DNA from: Octopus sinensis
Taxonomy: Eukaryota
Direction: 5' to 3'
Assembly: GCF_006345805.1 (NCBI RefSeq)
Contig: NC_043006.1
Coordinates: forward strand, 10,974,001 to 11,038,000
DNA: 64,000 nt
The notes below the pieces were generated by a model that was not told where the DNA came from, searched no databases, and worked only from the letters and a program-made list of their open reading frames with translations. Of the stretch, positions 1 through 12,485 are shown in pieces. Positions within the stretch are counted from its first letter, which is position 1; each line of letters opens with the position of its first letter. The translations under genes and the position numbers were made by a program.

Positions 1-208
1 TGGGGTTTGATTCCCAGACCGGATGATACGCTGTTTTCTTGAGAAAAAAACATTTCGTTTCACGTTGCGCCAGTCTACCCTGCAATGGACAGATGTTCCG
101 TTCAGAGGGAATGTTAGTCAAGCAACCCACACTCCCTCATTTGAAAATTCTAAGAATGGGACGAAGCGCATTGTGACCAGAGATGTTTAACAACATCTGA
201 TAGTCTAT
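1..208 (+). mobile_element. SINE family G, 5' end cut by window edge, tail T4
   Basis: B-box-like GGTTTGATTCCC at 4-15; central TTCTTGAGAAAAAAACATT...CCAGTCTACCC domain; tail GAAGCGCATTGTGACCAG..AACATCTGATAG shared with the 1124-1410 element; ends in (TA)n. Confidence 0.6.
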
Positions 209-226
209 GTATATATATATATATAC

Positions 227-271
<45 letters not shown>

Positions 272-272
<1 letters not shown>

Positions 273-622
273 ATAAACTCGACTCCGTTGGTCACGGATG
301 ACCATGGGTGCAACTAAGAGATTCCACTCCGGGGTAGAAGTCTAGGTGGAAAGTCGCCGCACCAGTGAGCTCTCAACCTAGGGTTCTTTTCATGGAAGAC
401 CAGCATGCCACCCTCCCCTCTCCACGTCACCGATGTTGTCCAAGGGAAAGGCAAAGGCCGATACAGCTTGGCATCTGTGACGTCGCAACTCATTTCTTCA
501 GCTGAGTGAACTGGAACAACATAAATTAAGTGTCTTGCTCAAGAACATAACACACAGCCCGGTCCGGGAATCGAATTCACAACCTCACGATCGTAAACTC
601 GACGCTCTAACCATGCGCCTTC
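272..622 (-). mobile_element. tRNA-derived SINE family G, own tail T6
   Basis: Minus strand head GTGAAGGCGCATGGTTAGAGCG...GAATTCGATTCCCGG (A/B boxes), then TTCTTGAGCAAGACACTTAA...CCAGTTCACTCAGCTG central domain (CORE/V-like, family not assigned). Confidence 0.7.
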
Positions 623-650
623 ACACACACATGCACACACACACACACAC

Positions 651-689
<39 letters not shown>

Positions 690-698
690 ACATATATT

Positions 699-743
<45 letters not shown>

Positions 744-754
744 ATATATATATA

Positions 755-1085
755 GCTATGGTGGCATCTGTCGGTTACGACGACGAGTGTTACAGCTGAT
801 CCAATCAACGGAACAGCATGCTCGTGGAATTAATGTGCAAATGGCTGAGTACTCCACAGACACGTGTACCGTTAACGTAGTTCTCGGGGAGATTCAGCGT
901 GACACAGATTGTGACAAGGTTGGCTCTTTAAAATACAGGTACAACAGAAAGAAACAGTGAGAGAAATTTGTGTTGAAGGTGTTCAGCAGGGTTCACCATC
1001 GCCCCCTGCCTGAGCGTCGTGGAGCTTTAGGCGTTTTTGCTCAATAAACACTCACAATGCTCGGTCTGGGAATCGAAACCGTTGC
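755..1085 (-). mobile_element. SINE family B, tail T1, head truncated
   Basis: Homologous to the 61605-61980 and 63022-63405 copies. Confidence 0.8.
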
Positions 1086-1089
1086 ACCT

Positions 1090-1123
<34 letters not shown>

Positions 1124-1128
<5 letters not shown>

Positions 1129-1410
1129 CGGGATCACCGTGACCGACCAGGCTATCAGATGTTGCTACACATCGCTGGTCACAATGCGCTTCGCATTGTT
1201 TTAGCCTTCAAAGGACGCCACCCTGCTGGCTAAGCGAGCAGGCCTACAGAAGAAAGAGTGAGAGAAAGTTGTGGCGAAAGAGTACAGCAGGAATCACCAC
1301 CACCCCCTGCCGGAGCCTTGTGGAGCTTTAGGTGTTTTTGCTCAATAAACACCCACAATGCCCGGTCTAGGAATCGAAACTTCGATCTTGCTATCGTGTG
1401 TACAACAGCC
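1124..1410 (-). mobile_element. SINE family B, tail T4
   Basis: B body up to CTTTCTCTCACTCTTTC, then a different tail ending in (TA)n. Confidence 0.75.
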
Positions 1411-1454
1411 TAAACAATATTCCACGTGCTCGAAGGATGTATACATTTTCATAT

Positions 1455-2051
1455 ATATTTCTTTACTACCCACAAGGGGCTAAACACAGAGAGGACAAAC
1501 AAGGACAGACGAACGGATTAAGTCGATTACATCGACCCCAGTACGCAACTGGTACTTATTTAATCGACCCCGAAAGAATGAAAGGCAAAGTCGACCTCAG
1601 CGGAATTTGAACTCAGAACGCAACGGCAGACGAATTACCTATTTCCTATTTCTTTACTGCCCACAAGGGACTAAACACAGAGGGGACAAACAAGAACAGA
1701 CAAACAGATTAAGTCGATTATATCGACCCCAGTGCGTAACTGGTACTTAATTTATCGGCCCCAAAAGGATGAAAAGTAAAGTCGACCTCGGAACGTAACG
1801 GCAGACGAAATACCTATTTCTATTTCTTTACTACCCACAAGGGGCTAAACACAGAGAGGACAAACAGGGACAGACAAAGGGATTAAGTCGATTATATCGA
1901 CCCCAGTGCGTAGCTGGTACTTAATTTATCGACCCCGAAAGGATGATAGGCAAAGTCGACCTCGGCGGAATTTGAACTCGGAACGTAACGACAGACGAAA
2001 GACGGCTACGCATTTCACCCGGCGTGCTAACGATTCTGCCAGCTCGCCGCC
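1455..2051 (-). mobile_element. SINE family A, head + 3 tandem units
   Basis: Head GGCGGCGAGCTGGCAGAATCGTTAGC at 2051; ~180 bp units containing B-box GAGTTCAAATTCC and GCCTTTCATCCTTTCGGGGTCGATAAATTAAGTACCAG. Confidence 0.85.
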
Positions 2052-2721
2052 ATACATTTACATACATGTGTTGAGGTGGGAAATGCATGCATGTATATAT
2101 ATATTTACTCGCACGCACACAGACACACATACATATAGTCGATATGTGTGCGATTATGTGTGTATATATGTGTATATTTAGAGTTCTTAATCACGTGCTT
2201 GATTATGTACACGATTTTTTTTGTTTTTGTTTGTTTTTTAAAAGTGACAGTGACTTTAAAATTTAAATAGACCTTTCCATTTTAATCTGTAGGTCGATAC
2301 TGCTGATTGGCCGCTTATGAAGCGGAGCAGTATTGAATATGCTGCGTTTTATTTCTTCAATTTGTGATTTTGCTGTATTTTTTTTTTTTTTTTTTGTAAA
2401 AGGTAGAAAAAGGTATAGCGAAGGTATAAAAAGAATACATAGAAACGCTTTTTCAAGTAGCATACTCAAAATATGGCAAAAGAGAGGAATAATAATGAGA
2501 TTTTAGCATATATTGTATAGGCATTCGGTCACCAAGTATATTTGCAATGGAGATTAATATGTAAATTTTTGTATGGAATATTTTAAGAGATGAAACATCA
2601 TATGAAAATCAATATCTCTAAAGTTAAGCGTTGCGAAACGGCTCGGTTAGTTGAAACCTAAAATATGTTGTCGGAAAGGGAAAAAAATGATATACAAAAT
2701 TGATGTAAATGAACTTTTGGA

Positions 2722-2940
2722 AAAGGTGTAGCTGTATGGTAGGTAAGCAATTTGCTTACCAATCACATGATTCGGGTTCAGTCTCACTGTGCGGCACCTT
2801 AGGAAAGTTAATTCTGCTATAGATTCAGACCGACCAAAACTTTGCGTATGGATTTCTTGTACGGCAAATGTAAGAAGGCCCTCGTGTGTGTGTGTGTATG
2901 TGTGTGTGTCTGTGTGTTGTGTGTGTGTGTGTATGTGTGT
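2722..2940 (+). mobile_element. SINE family C, diverged 5' half
   Basis: GCTGTATGGTAGG...GGGTTCAGTCTCACTG...CCTTAGGAAAG; ends in (TG)n. Confidence 0.6.
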
Positions 2941-2947
2941 GTGAATA

Positions 2948-3300
2948 TTTTATATCGTTTGGTTCAGTTATTAGACTGCGCCCCCGCTGGGGCACTACCT
3001 TGAAGAATTTTACTCAAACGAATCAACTCCAGTCCTTTTTTTGTAAACCTTGATAATTATTCTATCGGAATCTTTTGCCGAACCGTTTGGTTACGGAGAG
3101 GGAAAGACGCCATCACTGGCTATCAAGCGGTGAAGGAAAGGACAAACTCAAACAAAAAGATATGCACAAGAGCTCCTTTCAGTTTCCGACGACCAGTTCC
3201 ACTCACAAGACAAACTTTGGTCGGCCCGAGTCTTTAGTAGAAGACACTTATCTAAGGTGCCACGTAATGGGACTGAATCCGAAACCATGTGCTTGGGTAA
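2948..3300 (-). mobile_element. SINE family C, diverged
   Basis: Homologous to 6686-7092; tail-to-tail with the preceding half copy. Confidence 0.7.
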
Positions 3301-3773
3301 CAAATAGATATAATTAAATTATAGTAACACAAAGGACGATAAATATTTTGAAAAGCATGTATGAGGTAATTAAAAATATTTAATGAAAAATACGCTAAAA
3401 ACTGATTTATGTTACAAAAACGTATAGGAATACAGAACGCGTGTTTTGGCATGAAATAATTTTATTTAATGAAAAACTCACATAGAATCCTAAAGCTTTG
3501 ATCTTAACAGTGTCTGCCTCTTAATTACCATAACGCAGATTCTAGCATCCTGTAACTATAATTTCATTAAATTTTCTCACAATCCTCCGCCAGCAAATTA
3601 ATATTTAACCATAGACTGTTTTATTTCTCTTCTCCAATTTTATAATATAGATAGTTCTTCCTGCTGATAGTTATTAACCAATTTGCTTTTAAATATATTT
3701 TTTTCATTGCACGCCATTAAAATATTAGAAATTATTTATTGTATTCGCTTCTGTATATTTTTGATTTCACAAG

Positions 3774-3945
3774 AGCGCAGGCGTGGCTATGTGGTAAGAA
3801 GTTTGCTTCTCAACCACTAAGTGCCGGGTTAAGTCTCACCGTGTGGCACTTTGCGAAAATGGTCGTCTACAAGTATAGCCTCGGGCCCCGACTAAAGCCT
3901 TGTGATTGGATCTGGTAGATAGAAACTGAAAGAAGCCCTTCGATA
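3774..3945 (+). mobile_element. SINE family C, 5' half
   Basis: GCGCAGGCGTGGCTATGTGGTAAG head through GAAACTGAAAGAAGCCC, ends at the internal microsatellite. Confidence 0.7.
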
Positions 3946-3998
3946 TATATGTATATAAATATACAATCAAAATAATCAACAAGTATATCCGAGGTAAT

Positions 3999-4084
3999 GT
4001 GGTACGATCGTTTCATGCTACTTCATTTTATTAAACACTGTAAGCATTACATCAGTTTTAAAATGTCGAGCAATCTTCAGCCAC
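3999..4084 (-). ncRNA. Type I hammerhead ribozyme with long stem II (Penelope-type)
   Basis: GUGG-CUGAAGA-[59 nt hairpin]-GAA-ACGAUCGU-A^-CCAC; canonical core, palindromic stem III, GUA cleavage triplet. Confidence 0.7.
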
Positions 4085-4632
4085 CTTTAGAAATTTTCCA
4101 GTCAAACGGACAATGTACATTCTTATCTCTATTTCGTTTGCCAACATTATAAAGAGCGTAGATATACAGACAGAGAGGTTGATTTCATTCTTAAGAACAT
4201 GATAGTATTAAATTTACTCTCTGACTGTAGATTTTTTCACTTTGTTATTTAGATCTGTCAGTAGTTGAGGGGGATTTTTAGTTGGATGGAAACAAAGAAT
4301 GTTTCTACTTATAGATATAGGAAGGGGTAGAAACAAATGTCAAAACCAATAAATCTATTCAGATGAACCCAGCCCAGATACATTTGAATGTTGCTTATTT
4401 TGATTGTAATCACCCCATGGATTTATATGGATGATACCATACAAAATTTTGGTGCCTTTGACTTAAGTACCATATTCATCTGAATCTAAATTTTGCTGAA
4501 ATTGCAATCAAGATTAATTGCGGGGATGATCCGGTTCTTGACTGAAGATTGAAGGCTTCGAATGTCCCGTCCGTACTTTTTGTATCGTCTTCTAAATGTT
4601 TTGCTTTCTTGTCCCAGTTTGTATTTTTTTAC

Positions 4633-4663
<31 letters not shown>

Positions 4664-4664
4664 G

Positions 4665-4914
4665 CTGTGTGTTTCTCCCGACTACCACTTGACAACCGGT
4701 GTTGGTGTGTTTACGTCCCCGTAACCTAGCCGTTCCACGAAAAGACCGATAGAATACCTAGCATGCTTTAAGATACTTTCCCAACGGTTCTGAAACCGGA
4801 ACGATGATCTTGGGAAGGAAGCTTCTTACAACATAGCCACTCTTGCGCATATACATGTATGTGTGTGCATGTGTGTGTGTGTATATGTGTTGATGAGTCT
4901 GTGTGTGTGTGTGT

Positions 4915-4957
<43 letters not shown>

Positions 4958-5112
4958 CGTGCGTGTTCGTGTACCAAATCCACTCAGAAGGCTTTGGTCA
5001 GCCCGGGTTTTATAGCAGAAAACACTCGCACCACGTGCCTCGCTGTGATACGAACTTCGAAACTACGTGTTCGCAAAGCAAACTTCTTACCACATAGGCA
5101 CTCCTGCGCCTA
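4665..5112. mobile_element. Cluster of SINE family C fragments (3' part on +, two 5' parts on -)
   Basis: CTTGACAACCGGTGTTGGTGTGTTTACGTCCCCG (+); heads ending CCACTCTTGCGC (~4848) and CACTCCTGCGCC (~5110) on -. Confidence 0.6.
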
Positions 5113-5609
5113 CTAAACTTTCACAAAAAAAATTGACTGTGACTTCGAAGTTGCAGCTGTGTTGCCTTTGAGGATAGTCTCAACCTGTTCTTTGTAAAGT
5201 TTTAATAAACATGTACTGTAAAAATATACTGGCTAACCCTTTAGTATAATGTTAAGCCAATTTAATAAACTAGAAACTATCAGCCGCTCGCGCATGCGCG
5301 TGTGTGTGCTGGGTGTATAGTGTAATTATATGTTCAATTGTTCAACTCAAATTATTTGATTGTAAAAATATAAATTATCTATTGAAATTTTTCCGTAAAT
5401 AGCTGCACATTAAATTTGTAATAAGAGTTCTTAATTCTACTGAATATTATCCATTCTTCACACAACTATTTCTCAAACAATCAAATTTCGTAACGCTGTT
5501 ATTTATATGTTGTTTTAACCATAAAAATAATCCATACAGAAACTTCTATATTAAACTATCCTGTACATATACGATTATTAGCGCAACTCTTATCCCATAT
5601 ATATTTTTA

Positions 5610-5618
5610 CATCATCAC

Positions 5619-5700
<82 letters not shown>
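5610..5700. repeat. (ATC)n(ATT)n compound microsatellite
   Basis: Direct reading. Confidence 0.95.
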
Positions 5701-6260
5701 GGGAGAAAGAGAGCAGTGCATGCCATCAAACTGACACTGGGGTAAAATATACGAAGCCCAGTATACCCATCATGACTACCCGTCTGAAAAGGGTACACTA
5801 GGCACATGCATCACAACCATATGTGCGCGACATGGTGAGATCAGATCAAGACAAACAGCATACGACCTTGCAGGTGGGGCCCAGTTAGAATTGCCTTCTG
5901 GTCGAGTAGCCCATCCTGATCAAAAGGTCCCTGAATAAGGATTGTTTAAGGATGTTGAACGAACCACCCATGTTTCCAGAGGTGAATTATTCAAACCCCA
6001 AAGAATCCCTCTCAACACATGGCTATGATGCTCCCCCACTACTTCTGCTCGTGATCAGAGATGCACATATCGTCAGCCACTAAGGGACATGCTCAACTGG
6101 TTACGGTCAAACAACTGACAAGCAAATTTGTGGTATTGAGCAGAATATTTGCTGTAGCCCATCTTTTATACCAAGACAAAACAATGTACATGACAACACT
6201 TCCAATCAATTAAGATCGGAAACCACGAGAGCAACTGCCTGATACTGCATCAGGGCAGTT
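5701..6260. mobile_element. Unclassified ~560 bp non-coding element D, embedded in (TAA)n
   Basis: Higher-GC block sharply bounded by (ATT)n on both sides; terminal hairpin 6233-6260; no ORF; only one copy in this window. Confidence 0.5.
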
Positions 6261-6309
6261 ATTATTATTATTAGTAGTAGTAGTAGTATTAATATTATTA
6301 TCATTATTA

Positions 6310-6685
6310 TTATAATTATTTGATGAATACTCTCAGCTTATTTTGCTGGGTATGATGGAAAGTGTCAGCTGTACGCAGCCAGCAGAGTGAGGTGACGATT
6401 GTTTACCGTTCATGCTTCAAGAACCCTGCGAAGATTTCTTGCTGTTCCAAGCAATTCTAATTTTTGTAGGCGTCCGGTTTTTTCATATGTCCCAACTTTT
6501 TGATCCATGCTGGTAGCTGAGGGCTGATACTTTCAAGTGCGCCACTTACTATTGGTATCACGTTTACTCTCCTCATTGACCACAACATTCGTATTTCCCA
6601 CTTCAAATCATCGTACTTGTTCAGTGTTTCTTCTTTCTCTTTAACTATTTCGTCTCCGGGACATGCTGTTTCGATTAACATTTTC
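6310..6685 (-). pseudogene. 3' end of an R4/Dong-like non-LTR retrotransposon (REL endonuclease C-terminus + 3' UTR)
   Basis: LIETACPGDEIVKEKEEETLNKYDDLKWEIRMLW..VNVIPIVSGALESI, then after a frameshift LQKLELLGTARNLRRVLEA*; matches the PD..EK..KY..L / P...GALG / LQK..LLGTA..LR motif of REL elements; 3' end runs into (TAA)n. Confidence 0.75.
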
Positions 6686-7092
6686 TCTTTCTCTTTCACT
6701 CTTTTACTTGTTTCAGTCATTGACTGCGGCCATGCTGGAGCACCGCCGCTTTAATCGAGCAACTCGACCCGGGACTTATTCTTTGTAAGCCCAGTACTTA
6801 TTCTATCGGTCTCTTTTTTGCCGAACCGCTAAGTGACGGGGACTAAACAACACACCAGCATCGGTTGTCAAGCAATGCTAGGGGAACAAACACAGACACA
6901 CAAACAACACATATATATATACATATATACGACAGGCTTCTTTCAGTTTCCGTCTACCAAATCCACTCACAAGGCATTGGTCGGCCCGGGGCTATAGCAG
7001 AAGACACTTGTCCAAGATGCCACGCAGTGGGACTGAACCCGGAACAATGTGGTTGGTTAGCAAGCTACTTACCACACAGCCACTCCTGCGCC
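6686..7092 (-). mobile_element. SINE family C, full length
   Basis: Head GGCGCAGGAGTGGCTGTGTGG, B-box GGTTCAGTCCC, CORE-like CTTGGACAAGTGTCTT, internal (TA/TG)n, tail GCTCCAGCATGGCCGCAGTC..GAAACAAGTAAAAGAG. Confidence 0.85.
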
Positions 7093-7275
7093 TATGCGAG
7101 TTCTTTCTTTTTCTTTTATTTATTCACCAAAATATTATCCCGATTCCTGTGTTGTTGTTGTTGTTGTTGTTGTTACGGTCGCAAGCCGACTGAATATTTG
7201 ACAAGCCAGGCAAAGTGCTTAGCGGCATTTCGGGTGGGTGGGTATATGGATGGATGGATGGATAGATAGATAGAT

Positions 7276-7584
7276 ATGTTTCTTTATTAGCCACACAGAG
7301 CTGCACACAGACGGGACAGATTACAAAGTAGAGCTTTTCTTTTCGGGGGAGAGAGAAAAAAAATAAAGTGGGGTAGGTTTTCGATCAAAAGGGATCGTAA
7401 AAGGGAAAGAAGAAAAAAAAAAGAAAAAAGAAAAGAAGAAAAGAAGAAACAAACGATCAATAGGGATCGTGTATCACAGAAATGTCATGATGTAAGTGTA
7501 AAGGAGGAAGCAGATAAGGTTTATCCATGAAAAGAAAAGCCTACGGAAAAGACCACGGCAACCTCGGTCAATAATACTACATGA
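7276..7584 (-). mobile_element. Tx1-type LINE 3' UTR-only insertion with 15 bp TSD
   Basis: Homologous to 42181-42520; flanked by GATAGATAGATAGAT at 7261-7275 and 7585-7599. Confidence 0.85.
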
Positions 7585-7831
7585 GATAGATAGATAGATC
7601 AAATGAACTGTGTCAATCCCTTTAGCGTCTAATAAGCAGCATTGGCGTTGGTATTTTTAGTCCCTACGCTGTGAAATGAATTGAAGCTGAAAATTACTGA
7701 ATTCCGTCAGCATGAAATGTTCGATTCCAAGAAATTTAACAAAAGTTCTATTAAAAGCGTAGATATAAAAATGTACACAGTAGTGACTATATATAATATG
7801 TATAATATATATATATGTATATATAATAATG

Positions 7832-7888
<57 letters not shown>

Positions 7889-8133
7889 ATATATATATAA
7901 TATGTATTTATTATCTCTGATGAGGGTAGGGTTACATAATCACACTGTACCTAACATTCGTTTAAATATCTAGTGCGAAACCGATTGGTAAGATATGCCT
8001 AAATGAATATATAATATTGCTCACTTCGACACTTCGATTAATATATCCACTATATTGACAGATATACGAGTGCATTGTTCCTGACTCGGGGGCTATTAGT
8101 CGACTTCCAGACACACCCGCATATATATGCGCG

Positions 8134-8168
<35 letters not shown>

Positions 8169-8306
8169 TTATATATTATATATATATATATATATATACA
8201 TAATGCATACATACATAGATACATACATATATATATATAAGCATGCTTGTATATGTGTATGTACGTGTATATGTATATATATATGCATTTATGAATATAT
8301 ATATAT

Positions 8307-8529
8307 ATTTCTTTACTACCCACAAGGGGCTAAACATAGAGGGGACAAACAAGGACAGAAAAAGGGATTAAGTCGATTACATCGACCCCAGTGCGTAACT
8401 GGTACTTTATTTATCGACCCCGAAAGGATGAAAGGCAAAGTCGACCTCGGCGGAATTTGAACTCAGAACGTAACGACAGACGAAATACCGCTGAGCATTT
8501 CGCCCGGCGCAATAAAGTTTCTGCCAGCT
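8307..8529 (-). mobile_element. SINE family A, head + 1 unit
   Basis: Family A sequence. Confidence 0.85.
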
Positions 8530-8748
8530 ATATATATATATATATACACGCATACATCATGTGTGTGTGTCTCTGTGTGACTGTAGGTGCATATTCATAC
8601 GGTGCAGTTTAACAAAGAATTTTATCTGTTACATAATGTAAATTACATACTGAATAGATCGTTGCTACCTTTACGTTAGTTTTGTCAAATATATATATAC
8701 GAGTATTGATTATGCACGCGTATACTACTACTACTAGTAATAGTAGTA

Positions 8749-8803
<55 letters not shown>

Positions 8804-8955
8804 CTGTGTCTGTGAGTGCATACCTATTTATACATATATAGAAAATATTCTGAGCACAAACACACATACACACACATATTCAAATATATACATATTCTGA
8901 GTGCAAAAATACATACATACATATATACATACATATATATACTTATATATATTAT

Positions 8956-8988
<33 letters not shown>

Positions 8989-10122
8989 TATATATAATAT
9001 ATATATATATACCTATATATATACACACGCATATATATATACATGTATATATATATATGTATTTAGGTATATATACATGTATGTATATATATATATGTAT
9101 ATATATATAAATGTATTTAGGTATATATATATGCTTAATATGTGTGTGCTAGCGCATGCTTATGTAAGTATGCGCCTACTCGACTTTGTGTGTGCATGTA
9201 TGTGTTTGCGTGAGTAATGATAAAGTTTGGTAAAAAAAAAAGCTTATAAAGCATACCATTATGTATCGTTGTGAGAAAGACATGGCTAAGAATACATGAA
9301 GAAACGAAGCAACATTTTAGAGATTAACGACAAGTGCTTTTACTGATATTTTATAGATTAAATCTTCTTAGTTGACTTTTCTATTTAAGGGTGACCTTGT
9401 ATCTAAACCAGCAACTGAAAACCATTAACGTGCATTATACGAAGATCTTTTGATCATACTTTGATTATTTCTTGCTTTGGCTACATAGAAAAATATAATG
9501 TAGGAAGATATATCTAAGAGTCGTGTAGGGCTGTCTTGTACTTGATTTGAATAGATTTGATGCGGAGATACATTATTTTCCTCTTTACGGTTTCCTTTGG
9601 AATTAAAGTCACGTCAAATATAAAAAGCGCCGCTCAATAATTAATGAGTTCAGTATATGAAAGTATATATGTTTAAAAGTATTTAGAATTTAATCGGGGT
9701 TAGGAACCTCGAGTCGTCAGGAAATAAGTTGCTTACAACGAAGTTATTGCAATCGCAAAAAGCTTTTTAGCTTCGATTCATCATGTTCCGTGTAACAAGC
9801 AACGCACTTTCTCTTAGAGTATTTATTATACTTCAAATAGACAAGTGTTGATTCAAATTTGCTGGAAAATGCAAATTTGATAACTAGTGAATAAAATTCT
9901 TTAGGTTAATGCATCACACAAATTGTGAAGCAATGTGTCTATTTATGAAAGCATTTAGTCTTGGGTACGAATGAAGTGGAAGAGACTAAAAACCGACTTT
10001 CTACGACTTATTTCAGCTGAGTTTCATGATATGTTGAGGAATATAAGTTAAATAAAATCTAATAAAGTATATATTATGAAGATAAATGAAAATATACTAT
10101 GTTTATAAAAAGAGTTACGAAT

Positions 10123-10384
10123 TAAGTACCAGTTATGCACTGGGGTTGATATAATCGACTTAATCCGTTTGTCTGTCCTTGTTTGTCCTCTCTGTGTTTA
10201 GCCCATTGTGGGTAGTAAAGAAATAGCTATTTCGTTTGCCGCTACGTTCACAGTTCAAATTCCGCCGAGGTCGACTTTGCCTTTCATTCTTTCGGAGTCG
10301 ATTAAATAAGTACCAGTTACGCACTGGGGTCGATATAATCGACTTAATCCGTTTGTCTGTCCTTGTTTGTGGGTAGTAAAGAAA
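10123..10384 (+). mobile_element. SINE family A, headless, ~1.5 units
   Basis: Unit junction AAAGAAATAGCTATTTCG at ~10217. Confidence 0.8.
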
Positions 10385-10808
10385 AAAAGTTTAGTAATTT
10401 CACACACATTCTTCTTGGATATGTTTTAGACATTTCATCTGAGCGAAGTTGCTTCATAATCTTAGATCATTCCCTGTGCAGTGTTTATCCATCAAATAAA
10501 AATTCATAATCTTTTTGTTCACTCGTAATAGAAAACGCCTTTTGGTTTTTCACCCGTCATAATTAACTTGTCAATCAATACCAAGCCGTTCAGCTATATC
10601 TACTTCATCTTCATCCATTATCTTTATCATTACTGTCACCGTTATTTATCAAAATTTACAGCCACGTATATAATTTCAGAATCAATTCAATTATACGCAG
10701 TATACGTTGCTTTATTCTCATTCAGTTACTTAGCCAGATTTTTCCTTATTAAACCTACTCGGTACCTCTTTGTCATTGGATCCTTTAACACATTCAGCAT
10801 GTGCAGGT

Positions 10809-11140
10809 GGAGGCGCAATGGCCCAATGGTTAGGGCGGCGGACTCGCGGTCGGAGGATCACAGTTTCCATTCCCAAACCGGGCGTTGTGTGTGTTTATTG
10901 AGCGAAAACACCTAAGGCTCCACGAGGATCCGGCAGGGGGTGGTGCCGACCCCTGTTGTACTCTTTTGCTTCAACTTTCTCTCACTCTTTCTTCCTGTTT
11001 CTTGTCCCCGATTTCCTACGCAACCGCTGAGCCTGGATGCACATTCATTCATCCGTCGATGATCTCAGTGTCGGGGGTTGACCTGCTTTCTCTTCTGCGG
11101 GTCTTACGATTAGCAAAGGACTACGTTTCGGACTACAGAA
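10809..11140 (+). mobile_element. SINE family B, tail T2
   Basis: Head GGAGGCGCAATGGCCCAATGGTTAGGGCGGCGGACTCGCGG; tail homologous to 53535-53700. Confidence 0.8.
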
Positions 11141-11274
11141 GAACGCTTCGCTCAACATCATCAGCATATGCAAGCAACCTAATAACAGCTTCCTTCCCTT
11201 TGATACTTGAAATTCTGTAAAATCATTGTCAGATGGTGGCCGACCTAAACTTAGGCCGAATTTTGGTTAATCTC

Positions 11275-11420
11275 TTTTTCTCTTTTACTTGCTTCAGTCA
11301 TTGACTGCGGCAATGCTGGAGCACCGATTTTAGTCGAGCAAATCTCCCCCAGGACTTATTCTTTGTAAGCCTAGTGCTTATTCTATCGGTCTCTTTTGTT
11401 GAACCGCTAAGTTACGGAAT
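11275..11420 (-). mobile_element. SINE family C, 3' fragment
   Basis: Family C tail sequence. Confidence 0.75.
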
Positions 11421-12485
11421 TTGGTAGAACGATGTGGATATACCAATATGCATATTGATATATCATTGCCTTTACACGAGTTTTCAACGCTGCGGTGTAA
11501 CTTAAACAGTTGTCTACAATTAAAACTTACCGAAGCTTTCCTTAGGATTACAGACGTGGAGTGTCATCTGCCTTTTCGCACTATGTACTTTCAAACTCCC
11601 TATATAGGAATCTAGTTTTAATTGCATGTATATTACTAGGAAATTTTTAATGAATTTCAAACTCCTAAGCTATTTACTTGTTTTGTTATTACAAGTAGAT
11701 TATATCAACGTGTACCTTCTGCACTTGACGGCAAGTATATTGTTATATTTTTAACGTCTTCCTGTTCTTCTTTTAGTAATGTCATTCTATAAGTACATCG
11801 TTTGTGATATAGTTTCACTTCCAATATATCCGAACTCAGAACTCCGATTCTCTTCTGTAACATTTTTAACAGATCTCTCTACATCTGTTCTTTCTTGTTT
11901 TTTCTTTATATACTTCATAGGTAGAAATTCTTAGACCCTCCTTAAACATTTCAAGCTAATTTTGTGAGAATCACACCGATATTGTACGTTCTGTACCGAA
12001 TAATTTACCTCGTCTCATTTGCATGGTTTCCAATAACTCCACACCAACACCCCGGTACTGTCTACAACACTCCATTAACGCGCAACCATGTTTAATACTC
12101 TTATTCATAGAATATTAAATGTTTCATTTCCTTCTTGAAACAATTGTCTTCATAGAATGTATTGCCTTACTTACCAATATCATATCTGCCATATTACTTC
12201 CACACAGAATAATCACCGTCTGGGAAGGTGTTTCGTTATTATTCACATTTCGGACATTTTTTTGTTACAATTTTCAATGGTATTTATACTTTACACCGCT
12301 ACTGACACACTTGATATAGAATCTATTGCTAGGATAGAATTTCCGTTAAGCAAGATACATTCATTAAATACTGGAAGTGTAAGCAATTTAAAGAGAGCAT
12401 ACTAACTATTGCGTCATATATTGCCAACAGGTATACTAATATAGTGGTGTAGAGGGACAAAAATTCAAATGAACAGTCGTAACAG

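Noticed and set aside
4500-4632. Hammerhead at CTGAAGA 4543-4549 in a (TA)n-terminated segment
   Set aside because: Followed by GAAT rather than GAAA, with no consistent stems I or III. It may still be a Penelope-type tail, but a ribozyme is unsupported.
6195-6260. HDV-like ribozyme at the end of element D
   Set aside because: An L3-like TCTCGTG is present, but there is no GG for P1.1, no P4 and no catalytic C junction.
8724-8802. (TAC)n-(TAG)n inverted microsatellite junction forming a hairpin
   Set aside because: Only ~12 bp of symmetry in low-complexity sequence; expected by chance or slippage.
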